The position numbers and the translations under genes are program-made. DNA of 36,862 bases from positions 1-36,862 of the forward strand of contig JYFJ02003857.1 in assembly GCA_000934665.2 (NCBI GenBank). The letters run 5' to 3'. How positions within the stretch are numbered: position 1 is the stretch's first letter; each line of letters begins with the position of its first letter. A model generated the notes under the pieces. It saw only the letters and a program-made list of their open reading frames with translations. It had not been told where the DNA came from and did no database searches. This stretch comes from Catajapyx aquilonaris. Its lineage: Eukaryota. This document shows, one piece after another, positions 22,074 to 36,001 of this stretch.

Positions 22074-24396
22074 TATAGTTCAGGCTTCAGGGCGATACTG
22101 TCAACCAAGGAAGGTGCCATGCAATTCATATTAATTTTAAGAAGGCGGTGGGCAAGCGGCAAAGGTGGTGGGTGCTGGGCCAGGAGGTAATTTGAGCTAA
22201 ATGAAGGAGCCCTCCAAAATTGCCGAGACTTTCAAGGAATTATATAGCCTATACAGTAGTACTGTACGCACAGTACATACGTATGCTCTGTAATGTATAT
22301 GTGAAGCAAGCGCAGCTGGATGTAGGCGTGCTGGTTAATATTGCCCCCACACCCCACCCCGCCGTCATACTCCCAATTTATTAATGTCTGAGAGACTCTC
22401 GTTAGCACCATGCACACACGCATGCACCCGAAGTGGTTAGTGTCGAAGCAAAACTTGGCCAAAACTCGAGATGTTCTGTCCGCATAAAAATGGCGGAATG
22501 AAGTCGTGTTTTCAAGGTCGGCGATACCAAATTCGAAGTGAATGGCAAAGGCCCAGAACTTGGCCCCAAGGTCGGATGGGGATGGGGGCAGTGGCTGACA
22601 GACCTCCGGGGACAGGAGGACGAGAGAAGGTGGAACAGCAGGAGATCCCTATTTAATTCGCTTATTATTATTATACCCCGTTTATGGGGCTAAAAGGCCG
22701 TTTAAGGGGGGCTCCACTCCTAATATATACGTATAGAATAAGGACTATCAACACATTGTATACACGAGTGTTGTTCCTGTTGAACAACCACATAGTGTCA
22801 TTCTTTTTGATAAGTATTGAGGGGCGGGGGAATAGAACGTTTGCAGTGGCCATCCAGACCATCCAGAAACATGCAGAAGCTAATTATTATAGGAATTTCA
22901 GCTGACTGGACTCATTGCTGATGCTTCTGCATGTTGTTACACAATATGCAGCAAAGACCAGGAATCTCTGTTGGAACTTTTGCCACGTAAATAAGTGTCA
23001 GCCTTGATTTTCACACGTCACATTACCCGAGACGTCTCTGCATTGCCATTGGCCATTTGTAACACTCGTCAATTTACAACGACATGCACGGCGGTAGTCA
23101 TGCAGGTATATATGTAGGTATACCACGTCCTCAAAACCCAACTGCAACGGACTAAAAAAATTGTTCAGACTGCTTCACCCACTCCGCGTATGTCGCCCAC
23201 TGCGCATTATTTATGAAAGATCCCTCGTATACAGTATATAATATTGTTAGATCAGCTTGGTATATAGGGGGTGCGAGATGGACCAACTCTCTTATTCAAA
23301 GGGGTGTGGAGGCTCGGAAAGGTTATTGGGAACCCCTGAGTGACCTCTCCCCTGCTGCAGAAAACCTTATTAACTATTTTACAGCAGTTGGATGCAGCGA
23401 CACGTTAATCGTTTTCAGGGTTGACAAAATAATGTAAATATGCCGCGAAGCTTTTCATTATGGTTATGATGCTTCAAGTCTTAAGAATAATAATGATTGC
23501 TATATAGACGAGTGAAGGGTGGTTCCCTTCCACATTCTCATAGGCCTATCTATACTGCGGGTGCTGGAGCGCGTGTCTGGTGGTGGTGGTGGGGAGACGA
23601 GAAAAAGGATGGGGGGTGGCGGGGGAAGGCAAGCAAGCAGGTGGTCAGCAGGCAGCTGCTGCCAGGTGCCAGGTGCTAGTCGAAGGTGGAAGGAGTCCCT
23701 GGATGCACTGGGCCCAGATTTGTGGGCCAGCCAGCCAGCCAACTAGCCAAGCAACCAAGGCATATACCAGGTGGAGGCTGTGTATCCAGTATATCAGGCT
23801 ATACGTGAATGCACACTACTCACAGTACCTCACTTCCTATGCTGGCTGGTGGGGGCGGATAGCAAGCCAGATCAATTATTATTGCTTCCATCTATGATCA
23901 TGTACAGACTCCTCCGGGTCTGAGAAAGGATTAGGCTATAATTATAGTCATGAGGGAAGAGCAACGGCATATTCTAATCCGTCATCGAGGGTGCACTGTG
24001 ACTCAATCAAATCGAAGAAATAGAAGGAAATGTTGATAACATTATTATGGTCCCAGTAGGGGCCTGTCAGGGGGTGGGGGCTTCCCATTGTTGCTGGTTC
24101 CCTGTGCAGTGTGCAATACAATGTAGGCCCTCATGATGAGATGTAGGTGAGTCAGGCATCAGTGCGGCCATCAAGAGGAGGAGCAGCTGCAGCACCGAAT
24201 GTTGCTCTTTAGCTGGATCCTGGATGGCTGGCTGGACCCGGGTCGACAGGTGTGCTTTTGGCTTGCCTGCCCTCCACCCCCTCCACCCTCCTTCGAACCG
24301 CCCTGGCCATCTTCCTCTCCAGCTGCTCTTCTTGCAGAATAATCCACAGGCCATCCCCTCTCCCGACCCTCCTTTGGCCTCGACCATCCATCCATT

Positions 24397-24537
24397 CCCC
24401 CCCCCCCCCCCCCCCCNCCCCCCCCCCCCCTCGTCCCCACCTCTCAGTCTATGCCGTTCCTACTCCTCCCCCTCAATTCAAGGACCTGTCCTTCCAGTAT
24501 GCTGTGGATATGTGTGCGGAAGGGGGGGGGGGGGGGA
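24397..24537. repeat. Poly-C tract (24397-24430) and poly-G tract (~24523-24536)
   Basis: Directly visible homopolymers; one contains an N. Confidence 0.9.
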
Positions 24538-25002
24538 GGTGCAGATATAGGCTGCATACTTTTGGTCGCGTGCACCTGCCTGCTGCCCTCATCTCTCCCT
24601 CCTTCCCCAATGATGGGGTCCACTCTGGCTGCTCACCTCCCAGTCAAGTCAGTCCATGACGATCCTGGAAGTGAAGCTACACCATCAGAGGGCCCGAGAC
24701 CCAGCAGATGTGCATGCCATGCGAATAACAAAGTTCTAGCATGCTTCACCTCATCCTTCCTCCCGTACATGGTACTCAGGCTGTGTTGTTGCAGTATTAT
24801 TTTATTATCTTCTGTGTCGTCCTCCAGCACTCTGCAATTCCCCGTCCTACTATAAGTATAATTAATTAATATTCTACCCGAGACAGGTCCGAGCGCCAAT
24901 CTGCCCCGACGACCTCCTGACATAAATGTGCAATCTGCTGCACAATCTATGCTGCTGCAGAATATGCCTATCGTCTGGTATATAGTCTACCTCCTTACTC
25001 CT

Positions 25003-25175
25003 GCTCTGCCGTCAGATGTAAGAAGACCGTAACTCGAAAACCACTAAGGGCGAAAGTCGCATGCACGCCCTGCACTAATCCCCTCTGAGCCAGGGTGGAT
25101 TAGTGCACGGCATGCATGCGACTTTCGCCCTTACTAGTTTTTGAGTTACGGTCTTCTTACAACTGACGGCAGAGC
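25003..25175. mobile_element. Near-perfect ~173-bp hairpin MITE, unclassified
   Basis: GCTCTGCCGTCAGATGTAAGAAGACCGTAACTC ... GAGTTACGGTCTTCTTACAACTGACGGCAGAGC; pairing continues to a short loop near 25085. No clear TSD. Confidence 0.82.
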
Positions 25176-25736
25176 TGCTGTGGTTTAGTCCCAACACATC
25201 CCTCATACATTTTTAACTTGTTTGGGAACAGCTAGTGATGGACTGGGTCGGGAGAATGACCCAAGAAACCTCGTAAGAAACACCCTGTATATAAAAGAGT
25301 GTAGACCGTAGCAGACCGTAGAGTTGAAGGAAAATAAGAAGTCTGTCTGCACAGCCATCCATCTGGCATCCACCCGTCGCGTGGGTACATCCCTCTGGGG
25401 CCAATCCGTGTTCGGGTTGGCCCCCATCCCCTAAAGGCCCCTAGGGCCACACTGTATATAGTGTATATGTAGAAGTATGCCTGGCAGCATCATAGGAAGC
25501 CAAAGGGAGGCACCACATGATGGTTAGTCCCCCCTCTCCCTCACTTCCTCGCACTCATTTGTCAGAATTTTTATACATCTAGGTATGAGGTCAAATGCAT
25601 TTACCACCCAGATATACTACAGTATATTATGCAGATATTAATTATACTGTATGGGTCATGGGTCAAAAGTACGTTTCCGCTCATCATGTGAGGTGAACGC
25701 GACGACTCACTCCCGCACGACTGCGCATAATATATA

Positions 25737-26148
25737 CCGGGTGATCCAAAATACTTGTCCGACCCATTTGTTGGCAGTGGCACTAATCGGCATATTTTGT
25801 AGCATGCAAGTCTGCATAGTTATTTTTAATGGTAATCGAAAGTATTAGACTATGCTATAATATTACTGAATCATCCATTCTGAACTGGGAACAAAGTACT
25901 TCCGATCGTTATGAATTGCCCAATCGGCATCTCCCGTCAATGACAGAACCATCCACTTTGTGAGTGCCAGATCCCCCTTGCAGACTTAATCCACAATTAG
26001 GCCTAATTACTTGCCTAATTCTTACCATCCGATAATTTTGATAACCGTCACTAGCAACTATTCAAAAGTAACAGTTACAAAATATAAACACCCCACATAG
26101 TGCCAACAAATAGCCATGTTAGTCGGACAAGTATTTTAAATCGCCCTG
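25737..26148. mobile_element. Tc1/mariner MITE
   Basis: TA|CCGGGTGATCCAAAATACTTGTCCGAC ... GTCGGACAAGTATTTTAAATCGCCCTG|TA. Confidence 0.82.
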
Positions 26149-28127
26149 TATAATTAATTAAACTTTATAATATTACATGTGCATGTGTATATGAGCGCAA
26201 TGCAACAAGTTCGAGATGCGCGACGTGCGTAGTTTCTGCTGGAGAACGATAACAACACCACATCAAAGTGCCACTTTTAGTATAATGATAAAATAGTAAA
26301 AATACCCGTGGGGGGGCGGTAGTTGGGGATGTTCAGCAGTAAGGGTATAATTCAGAGTAAATATTTATACTTGATATACAGCGTGACAGGTGAGTGGATG
26401 ATTGTGTCGAGTCTCATGGCGTGCATTCAACCGGGATTCCTTCGAGGTTCTGGTTGGTATATATAGTGGCGGGGGTGAAGCGGTGGGCCGGATGGGCACT
26501 CACTCTCTCACCTAACCAGTACACATTCACTCTCACATCAGTCAGTGATGATGCCGTGCACAACACATCAGGATAAAATATACCTGATGGGTTACACGGC
26601 TGCTTGGTTATTGGCCCAGCACAGCAGCATGACCCTGACTTACACATATATGCAGCAGTCTCATACTCACACACTTTCTGCGCATGGTGCATGTCCTCTC
26701 CGGTTTGTCCACACTGGAGTGCATGCATTCTCGTGTGAAACGTCACCCATGCATCACACCCTTTCACCCACGAGTCGTAATTATCATCATATAGTGCTGC
26801 CTTATTGCTGGAGACAAAATGTACGTATAGTTGATCAACGCAGAAAAAGTAGCGGCAGAAAACAATAATATTTGGGCCTGGGGAGTTATACGAATGCGAT
26901 GCAAAAATGACACAGAAATATACAGCATAATATTATGCCACCATAATAATTACTGTTCCATAGAGCAGCATCAGGTTCACGTACCGTAAGACAATACAGT
27001 ATATAGCCCGAATAAACCAACCATCGCAATAACAGGTAACGACGCGACGTCAAGAGAGTCTGGAGGTTTACGTGGCTCGCTTGACTTACGGTGGGTCGTG
27101 GGTGAAGACACTTGTAATTGGCATTTGAGCCAGCAGGCACAGAAGATTGCATAGAAGAGGAGAAGGCACTGGAATCCTTCGTAATAACAGCGAGACTTAT
27201 TGACTTTTGACTCGATTAACTCTAATAAGTTTGCAAATGATATAACGCGGTTATGTTCCTGGTGTTATATATAGGCTATATTCATTTCCCCCAGCACCTG
27301 ATTGCCCACCTTGTTACACCATACTGTCGGCTGTTTTCCTCGGCAACTAATATAGCCAGATGGAAGGGAATGAATCAGAATGCAGCAACAGAATGGTGCC
27401 CTTTGGTCAGAATCAGGAAATGAGCGGCATCCAGCCCGAGTCCAGAATGATGGTCGAATTGGGTGTGCCTTGTTGTCACCAATAAATAATCTCTCCCTCT
27501 CTGTGGAGGGCCACTCCGTATGTGAACGCGACGATCTCTTCGGCTTTTCTATGACCTCCAAATGACGGTGGCATGGAAGGGATAGGTGTAGCCTGCATCA
27601 CTCTCATGTAGCTACTACCCAACCCACTGTTGTAGAGCCTGCCAATCACCCAGTCGCATGTGCGGCCAATAAGGGTTATTATTCTATGGAACCATTCCAT
27701 ATACTGCTGCCTGCATGATTTCTGCTGGACTTTTCAGTCCTCTTGTTCTTTTCCATGGCACGAAGAAATAGGTAAATGGGCCATTCACGTGGAGGACATT
27801 TCGCAACCCCAGCACATGCATCCAATTTTGAGCCAAAGATATAGGCTCGGAGTGGTCTTCTTATTCAGGCAGACTTGGCATAGCAAATTGGTGCGAATAA
27901 AAAGGAGGAGTTGGGCATGGCTATAGCTAGGCGGTATATATTGTTGTAATAACAAGACCATCAGCAGCCCGAATGCAGGGGACTCGGGCTATGTGGGATG
28001 GCTATATAGGGGAGTATGGGTGAGAGAGTTAGAGTAACAATACCTATAGGAGCAGATGAGAATGCTGAGACTGCAGTAGGAAGAGTGGAAAAATGAGGTA
28101 AGTGGCGGGGGTGGTGGGTGGTGGAGA

Positions 28128-28131
28128 GGCA

Positions 28132-28168
<37 letters not shown>
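28128..28168. repeat. (GGCA)n microsatellite
   Basis: About 10 GGCA/GACA units. Confidence 0.9.
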
Positions 28169-28170
<2 letters not shown>

Positions 28171-29456
28171 CGGAGGCCAAAGGGAGCAGGTGGCGGCCGG
28201 TGTGTAACCCCCCTTTCCTCCCCATTTGAGCGCGCGCCAACAGGCTTACGCTGGCTGATGCTTGTTTAGAAATAATGGTGGGAAGTGGAGGAGGGATGGA
28301 GGGAGTTTAATATACGGGAGTCCCACCCTGCATCCCCCCCTACTCCTAAAGCTTCCAGGCAGACAGGGGGGCAGGCAGGCCGGGGAGGAAAAGAAAGGAA
28401 GGAGGCTGCTATATACAGGGGGGGGGGGNGAGGGACGAGCATGTGGTGCTGGGGCTGGGTGGGGGCACAGGGGTCCAGTAGTCACTCACTAGCCATGCAG
28501 TGGGCAACCTGCACCACACATACATTCTGGCTGGCGGTGCCTTGCCAGGGAACTCTGCGGAGGAGGAATAAGCGACATTAAAAGGAGGGACGCGCACAAT
28601 TTATTATCGCAGAGGTCCGTGTGAGTGAGTGGGTGAGTGAGTGCTGGTCAGTTCGGTCGCAACAACAATTGGAGGGCGGTACTAGTCCACTTAGTGGTGG
28701 GATCAGAAGGATTACTTGGACCTCTCCTCATCTCGTCGCCTGTCTCCTCACTCATCGCGTCTATAGGCACCCACCCACCCCAGACAAACAAACCCTGACA
28801 GTCTCCCCGTGTCACACAATCCGACCTTACGGGTCAGACGTGACCGTGGCCGGCTGGAACGGATCATTCTACGGGCAAATCATCATGTGTGCAGTTCTGC
28901 AAGGAGTTGGACGGAGTTGGCTGCAGCAGCATTGTCGTACGGTAAGTTCATTCATGCCTTACAATAACTATCATCGTCGTCTAATCAAGTTTAGGAAAAC
29001 TCGGCCTTCCCACCTTCCGCCTTACACATCGTGAATGAATACTGTCCGTGCAATAATATTATGTAACTGATGGTTACAGTCCGCCAAAGTCACTCACGAG
29101 TTTCGTATATAGCATGGAGCATGTCCACGAGGATTTGGGGGTCCATTCCATGGTGACCCAAGCTGTGGAAAGAGAGAGGCCGTGTCACAGGGTCAAGCAC
29201 AAAGGTCACCATCCAGGAGAAGACCAGTCCGGCAATCGGGACGCACCAGAAAGAGAGAATCATTGTTGCATGCACGCAGAAAGAATGAAAGATTAATAAG
29301 TATGGGTAAGTTATAAAGAATGTATAGCCGGGTAACCACACGCCATCACTCCCGACTGATCTGCATATCTGCGCAAACGAGTAAAATGTGCACTGCTAGT
29401 CTGACTGAATCAAGTACACACGTGGTCGAGTCCATGCCCAAATCTCATTGTCAAGA

Positions 29457-29478
29457 TCTCTCTCTCTCTCTCTCTCTC
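29457..29478. repeat. (TC)n microsatellite
   Basis: About 11 TC units followed by C and A runs. Confidence 0.9.
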
Positions 29479-31915
29479 GCTCCCTCCCTCCCCCCCCCCA
29501 AAAAAAAGGTCGACTGAGGAGGAAAGAAAGAAACTCCGCAGCTGTGATGGGGCAGTATTGCGATGAACAGATTGCATTGTTGCTTGTCTGGGGTGGTCCC
29601 TGTGACGGCGTCGCGTCGTCACCGCCAAAGATGCTCGAGTACCAGCTGTGGTAACGTGGGATGTCTGCTACACCAGCAAGCAGGTGAAGACTTTATACCC
29701 TCCAGGGGCCATGCACATTGTCGATATACACAATGTGTTGCATATTATGATACAGGCTATAAGACGTGTGAACCGCGACGGGCCTCCTGATCTTAGCAAC
29801 ACTGTAGTATATATACTAGCTGCTACATGTGTGTGACGCCGGGGGGGATTTTGGGGCCCGTCCCCTAATGGCCCCCTCCCCTCAGCGGCACATATGCCAT
29901 GCATATATGCTTGCAGGAATAAGGGGGTATACCCGCCGTCACCACCATCGCAGCCCCCCATCCTCTGTCACATTTTCCACCATTCTTTGGTTCTTGTGTT
30001 TCTGCTGTTGTTGTTGTCTTCCTTTCTCTCCCTCCTTTTTTGGGAGGTGGGGGTGGGTGAGGGAAGAAAGGAGAGGGGAGTTTTCTTTCTCTCTTTTTTT
30101 TTTGCAGCTAAGAGGAATTAGGAAGGTGGAGGCAGGGGCAAGGGACCGACCCGAGGCCAGATCGATCCGGAGCAGCTCCCGGATAGAGAGAGAGGGGGGG
30201 GGAGGGGTACGGGGAATGGGAGGGGGAGGGGAGGAAGTATAGAGAGAGGGGGAAGGGGGAGTTGAGCAGGGTGGGTGGGTGGAAGGGGGGAGGGAGTATA
30301 TGTGTATACCGGGACTATAGCATCCATGGATCCAGCCGGCGTCCTGGGTCGATAGATAGCCTTTCTGGTTTCTGTGATGTGGGGAGGGGGATGGGGGAGC
30401 GGGGGCGTGGCGGTAGCGGCAACGAGGGAGGGGGAGGGAAGGAGGCCAGCACACAACTCAACTGTACGGGGAGAGATAGAGAACGACAGCAGCGGGACTG
30501 AAACACATACACATAGTACATAGACCGGCAAACAGACCGCGTGCATTGTGGATGGTCCAACAGTGTGTGACACCGTCCGTCCCCTCCCTCATCGTCATCA
30601 CGTATACACTCGTCGTGAGTGTGAGTGGCAGTCAGTTGGGCATCGGTGGGGGTCAGGGGGTACGCAGGATCAGGTGTGACTGACGGAGAGATCCGTGTGA
30701 AGGTGGACCAAACACTCTCGCGGAATATGGTGGTGGCATAAGCAGCAGGCTCTTCCAGCTCTTGTGAAAAAGAAGAAGATGAAGGCGACATATCCTCTCC
30801 TCTCCCGTGAGTCAATCTCTGAATACATAACGAGCAGTGATATCTCGTGCTCATTCGCACATTTCTACCTATTAGCCTCATACATACACCACGTTTCCGG
30901 CTCAGCGCGTGCACATATGACACGGACCCATCATATGCAATACAGCAGCAATGGTGTCTTGTCGGGTGGAAATAGGGCGAAAATAGGGCCATGTACTACT
31001 GGCAATTTCTCACAGAGCGAGAGTGCCGTGCGAGAGGTCAGCCTCCCTTCTCCTGCTAGCAGCACGCGCCTTGAGACGTGTCTAGCGCAGCACATCCTGG
31101 AAGGCATACCACCAACCACACGTGCAACTCTCACCGGTGATAATAATATTATAATGATGACACCGCGCTTGATTCAAGTAATATTATGCGGGTCCGTGTC
31201 AAAGGCGCGCACTTCCTCTCGGTTTTAGGCTTCTTGGAAATTTCAGAGGTGAAATTACCTTTGCTGATTTTGGTGGATTCGGATAATAGCTCGTGGTCAT
31301 GTTGGGGGGATGTGGCTCATCCTGCGCGCTAGGCGAACCCCGCACCCCTGACACAAACACACCCACACACCCAAGCTGATGCCTTAATCGCCTGGCTTGC
31401 ATGATGACCCCTATTAGCTACAACAACAGATCATCTCTGTCGTACTTAACCCTGAATCTCCGAAATCAAATAGGATAATGCTGTCTAAGAAATCAGCATA
31501 AGCTTGAATCCGAGAGGAAGTCGTGTGTACCTTTGGCACCAGCCTGTATATCCTGATGCCTGCTGTTTGCCCTTCAGTGTTCCGATGCTACTCTCATCCA
31601 CCCATCCATGTGCTCAGAATGATGGATGCAAGCCGTCCACAGCTGCAGCAGGATATACTTGCACTATAATATTCAGGGCGATCCTCATCCAGCATACCTG
31701 CCCAACTAACATGGCTATTATTTTCTTGGCACGATAAGCTTCTTATTTTAAGCGATTACGTTTGCATAATTACTTGTTATTGTTACCAAAAGTATTAGCT
31801 GGTGATATTATATTCCGGATAATCGGAAATACCGCTTTTGCAGTTCAGAGCTTGCAAGGATGATCCATGCTCGGAGTACTAGTCTATTTCCTATTACATT
31901 GTAGAAGCTATTAGG

Positions 31916-32021
31916 TTTTGATAACCATTGAAATTAACCGTGCAAAAGTAACTACTACAAAATAAGCATCAGCCAAGAAGTAGTCACATTAGTCGGACAA
32001 GTACTGATTTCGGTTCACCCT
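31916..32021 (+). mobile_element. Partial second copy (right end) of the 25737-26148 MITE family
   Basis: TTTTGATAACC...CAAAAGTAAC...TACAAAATA...TTAGTCGGACAAGTA...TCACCCT is colinear with ~26036-26148. Confidence 0.7.
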
Positions 32022-32818
32022 ATATGCAAGAGGCAGCCATTCATCTCTGGGTAACGAGACACGGCCGTCCAACTGGCACAGATTTACGTAAAACTGAATG
32101 ACCCTGTTTTTAAAAGTGTACCGCTACATATATACTGATGCATGCCAAATGCCACACTGTAATAATGCTCCTATCGGCATAAATGCATGGATTAGATGAT
32201 AACACTCGTATGCCGAATCGAACTATGCAGAGTGAATGACCCCGTGTTTCAATAGCGTGGATTTTCATTTGAATCCTAGGCAGATGTTGCCAAATTGAGC
32301 GGTGCAGCTGAAAGATATTTCCCGCCGCGTTGTGCCCGCGCGAAGCACAGGCGGCGCTGCATACTGCTAGTTTCCCACGACGTCGCAATAATTATTAACA
32401 ACACAGAACAGCTCTACAATCTGAAGAAAGTCGATTCCCATTGTTGGAAAGGATCTTTAAGTCCACTGCATCCGCATGCTATGCATATATAGAGTATAGT
32501 TGTTGCGGCTATATAATCATACAGTAACACTGTGGACTGTATGCTATCACCGTACTCATTCTGTATTCAGCCCTTGGTCAAACTGTGCTACGTCACATCG
32601 GATACTTGTCTCTTATTATTTCCGCATTGAGGGGAGGGCGGGGGGTGGGGGGGGGCTATCAAAGATTCCAAAATTGGTCGTAATAAAGATAAAGCCTGCT
32701 GTTAGGAATGAAAGCATCATGCTTGATAGTGCAGTATTACTTTGCTGGTTCCATGTTCCGTCAACTTGAGACCGTCTTGGGGAGATAGGGGGTCCGGGTG
32801 TGATCGAGAGAAAGTGTG

Positions 32819-33082
32819 GGCGCGTCTTGCTATCCTTGTGAGGAATTTTTGACGCGTTTTTCCTGTCCTTGTGAGGAATTTTGTCATTACGAGGTAGTTT
32901 TCCTGTACCTCATAGTGAACACACGCCTCACAAGAATAGGGTAAAATCGAAACAATACCTCATAAAGACAGTAAAAATATATTTCACCAAAATTTCGTGT
33001 GTTTCCTTGTAGGTTAGGTTAGGTTAGGTTAGTTTTAAATTTTAAATTTTGGAAAAACCTCACAAGGATAGGAATGCGCGCC
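32819..33082. mobile_element. TIR MITE with an internal (TTAGG)n tract, unclassified
   Basis: GGCGCGTCTTGCTATCCTTGTGAGG ... CCTCACAAGGATAGGAATGCGCGCC, with internal CCTTGTGAGG/CCTCA repeats and TTAGG repeats at 33010-33032. TGTG flanks both sides. Confidence 0.82.
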
Positions 33083-34204
33083 TGTGTGTGTGTGGGTGTG
33101 TATCCCCCCACCCACCCCCTCGTCCAGCACGCCCGCCCCCTCCAAAAGAGTCGTTCCCTCCTCCCACGCAGACACACATTCCCCCGTCCGGGCTGGTTCC
33201 GGAGGCATTTCCTTCAGGAGGGGAGCGCTAGGTCATACAGTGAGTCCTGATCGATTGCTCCCTGGGATTCCCAAACGAGTCTTTTTCCCTTCTCCTCTTC
33301 TTGCATGCGTGCAACTACCCCCATGTAAAGCTGGTAGGTTGGCGGTGTTCAAATTGGATAAAAATTTAACCAGCAACCACATCATGGAGCTCCACATTTC
33401 GGTGCATTGTACTATAATATAATATGTCGGTCTACTTTGCGCGCCTTCCTTTGAATAGCTTCACCTCTGCACCATAGGCCGCGCAATCTTGGCAATACGT
33501 ATACTATAATGTGTCATTTTGTCCATTTCGTGCAGATACTAGCAGAAACGTACAACACGACATTTTATCAGGTAACTTATTTAAAACAGCACTCTCCCAC
33601 TTCTATTTATTTCGCTGCGCAGCCCGAAAAAAAAGAATTGTGTACGTACGTATGGATTGTTTACCTGGCCATCGATGACGCAGTTCAAAAAAATTGCGAC
33701 TGATGCAATCATTGGAGACAATCAGTGACACGTGCCTCTGATGGTTTCTTCTTCCAACTGGCTGCTGCTGCTGCCTGCTGGGACAAACAATTCATAACTG
33801 TATATGCTTATTACAACTTGTTCGCCACCCTTTATCGGAGTGTGAGCCGTGCACTATCATGCGCATTGTATTGTAGCAGCTAACATTGCATATGGCCTAT
33901 GCAAAAGTGTGCAGTATACGTAACGTGTGATAGGGGGATGGCACTCGTGGTTGCGTTGTCGGGTGCATTATACCTGAATATCCGGCATTGAATTATTCAG
34001 AGCATTGATTTCCATCGACTTTGCTGCTGGAGTTTTCTAGGCCCAGCATATATCTCATGCTGCATTATTCATTCTTGCGCTTCTTATTTGCATTGGGCAT
34101 GCATATAGCACCACATATACCAGCATAAGCAGTTTGAACTGCTGAGCTCTCTCTGGTGCAACAAGTCATCCTCTCCCTTCGTCGTGGACAGACTCGAAAC
34201 CTTA

Positions 34205-34358
34205 CGAGGGGGTATAACCACTTTGTGGAACCGGTGTACATGGTCCCTGTGGAACCGGAATGGAACCAGCCTGGAACCAGGTGGAACCATCACCCGGTTA
34301 CAGGAATTGGTGTACACTTTTTTGGGGAGTGGTTACCCTTTGGAGTTATAACACCCTT
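34205..34358. mobile_element. Possible small mariner-like MITE with TGGAACC repeats
   Basis: TA|CGAGGGGGTATAAC ... GTTATAACACCCTTG, with five TGGAACC units inside. Confidence 0.45.
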
Positions 34359-35682
34359 GCTTGCAGGAGTGATTACATGATTCGCGTATAGAAGGGTGGG
34401 AGTGGGGGAGGGGCGATCCGTGTTTATCTTGGTCCCTATTCAGAAACATGTTACAGCCACTCCATCTTGTTCCTTCCCTGATGGATTACTGCGGCGGCGG
34501 CATGAGCAGGCCAGAATAATAATATAGGGAGGGAGAAAGAGCGCCAGTCAAAAGCATGTTATTGCATGTTTTTTCTCTCCTTATTGTGATAATAGCTTGC
34601 CAATTCCAGGATTAAGAATCGTCTTTGCCGCAAATTGGATATCTATCGACAGTTGTGACCAAGTTGTGACATGATGGGCAATTATAAGCAGAGGGAATGA
34701 AAAGATTTCCAGCAACATAAGGTATAGATGTGCCAGTAGTGGACAGTGTCCCAAAGGTGGACGGCGGAGATTTTGAACCTAAATGACAAGGAAACGCGGC
34801 AATAGCGAGTGGAAATAAGACATCTGGCATCATTTCACATCCCTTTGGGGTTGACCGATAACCACCTATTTACCATTCATGGCCTACTTAGTGAATGAGA
34901 TGCGCGTGAACACGCCAGCTCTGATTTTTGCCTTGAAATAATATTGTGCTTTTCTTAGCGGATTCGCTAAGAGACACGTCGAAAGTAAAACCTTGCAAAT
35001 AAATAAGTGGACGTGTTACTTCGGCTTTTTTTTTTGAGTGGAAAAGGATAAAAATGCTTCAAATGTTCTAAATATGATGTCCTTTTGAGCTATATCTTAT
35101 GCAAAGAAAGTTTTAGCTTTGGTGTCCACTACTGGGCCCAAAAAACGTCAATGTTCCAATTCTGGACACCCCGTATCGACCATTGAACACCCCCAGTATA
35201 GTAATGGGCATATGGCGCAATTCCCGTACCACAATAATTTAACGCAACCCCACATCTGAGGCCACGACGCGATGTGCGGCCGATCACCACCATGGTGTTG
35301 CACAACTTGACCAGACAGCGCGGGAAAAGTGCACTTGAGCAGCGGCACGAGGTTTTATGACATTTTTTATCATGCAGGCTGATGCCCGCATATCCTGGGT
35401 GATGCAGGTTGGTCAGTTCCACAGCTGGCCAGCAATCCGCCAGCTATATAGAGCTGCAGACATGTTCCGTCGGTATAGCATGCTGTGTGTCGGGTAAAAA
35501 ATGGAAGATGCAGCAGTGGTAGCGTCACCTGGACGTATAGACAATATCCGCAATATCCCCCCCTCTCTCAATAAGTCTGCTTGACACACTGCATGGTCTT
35601 CACTTACGCAGCAGCCTATGCATAATACACAGCGACAAGAGTGTGGGAGTGTGTGGATGACTTGGGCCCGTCGATGCACAGG

Positions 35683-36001
35683 CAGGGTGAATCATCTTTT
35701 TTTGTCCGAACAGTTATCGGAAAATTGCGCGTAGCTGCTACTTTTAAGCAGTGACTCGCAACCGGTGATTTGTCGGAGGAATGGGGAATGGGGAAAAAGA
35801 GGGTCACACATCCCGTGGCTCTTTTTTCCAGGCTTGACCCTCAATTTTCAGCGGGCAGCACGTATGTCACTTCAACCTACGATTCGCAGGGAATATTCCC
35901 CGTTCCTCCGAAAAATCACCGTTTGCAAGTCACTGCTTACAAAGTAGCAGCTACACACAATTTTCCGATAACGGTTCGGACAAAAAAGATGGGACACCCT
36001 G
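35683..36001. mobile_element. Palindromic Tc1/mariner MITE (CAGGGTG type)
   Basis: CAGGGTGAATCATCTTTTTTTGTCCGAACAGTTATCGGAAAATTG ... CAATTTTCCGATAACGGTTCGGACAAAAAAGATGGGACACCCTG; ~105-bp arms. Confidence 0.88.

Noticed and set aside
28245..28680. Core promoter or first exon (TATATAG, TCAGTT Inr, GTAAGC donor)
   Set aside because: The elements are on inconsistent strands or spacings, there is no DPE match, and such short motifs are expected by chance.
15680..35175. Isolated mariner-type right ends at ~15693, ~25287 and ~35173
   Set aside because: No matching left TIR was found, so boundaries cannot be supported.
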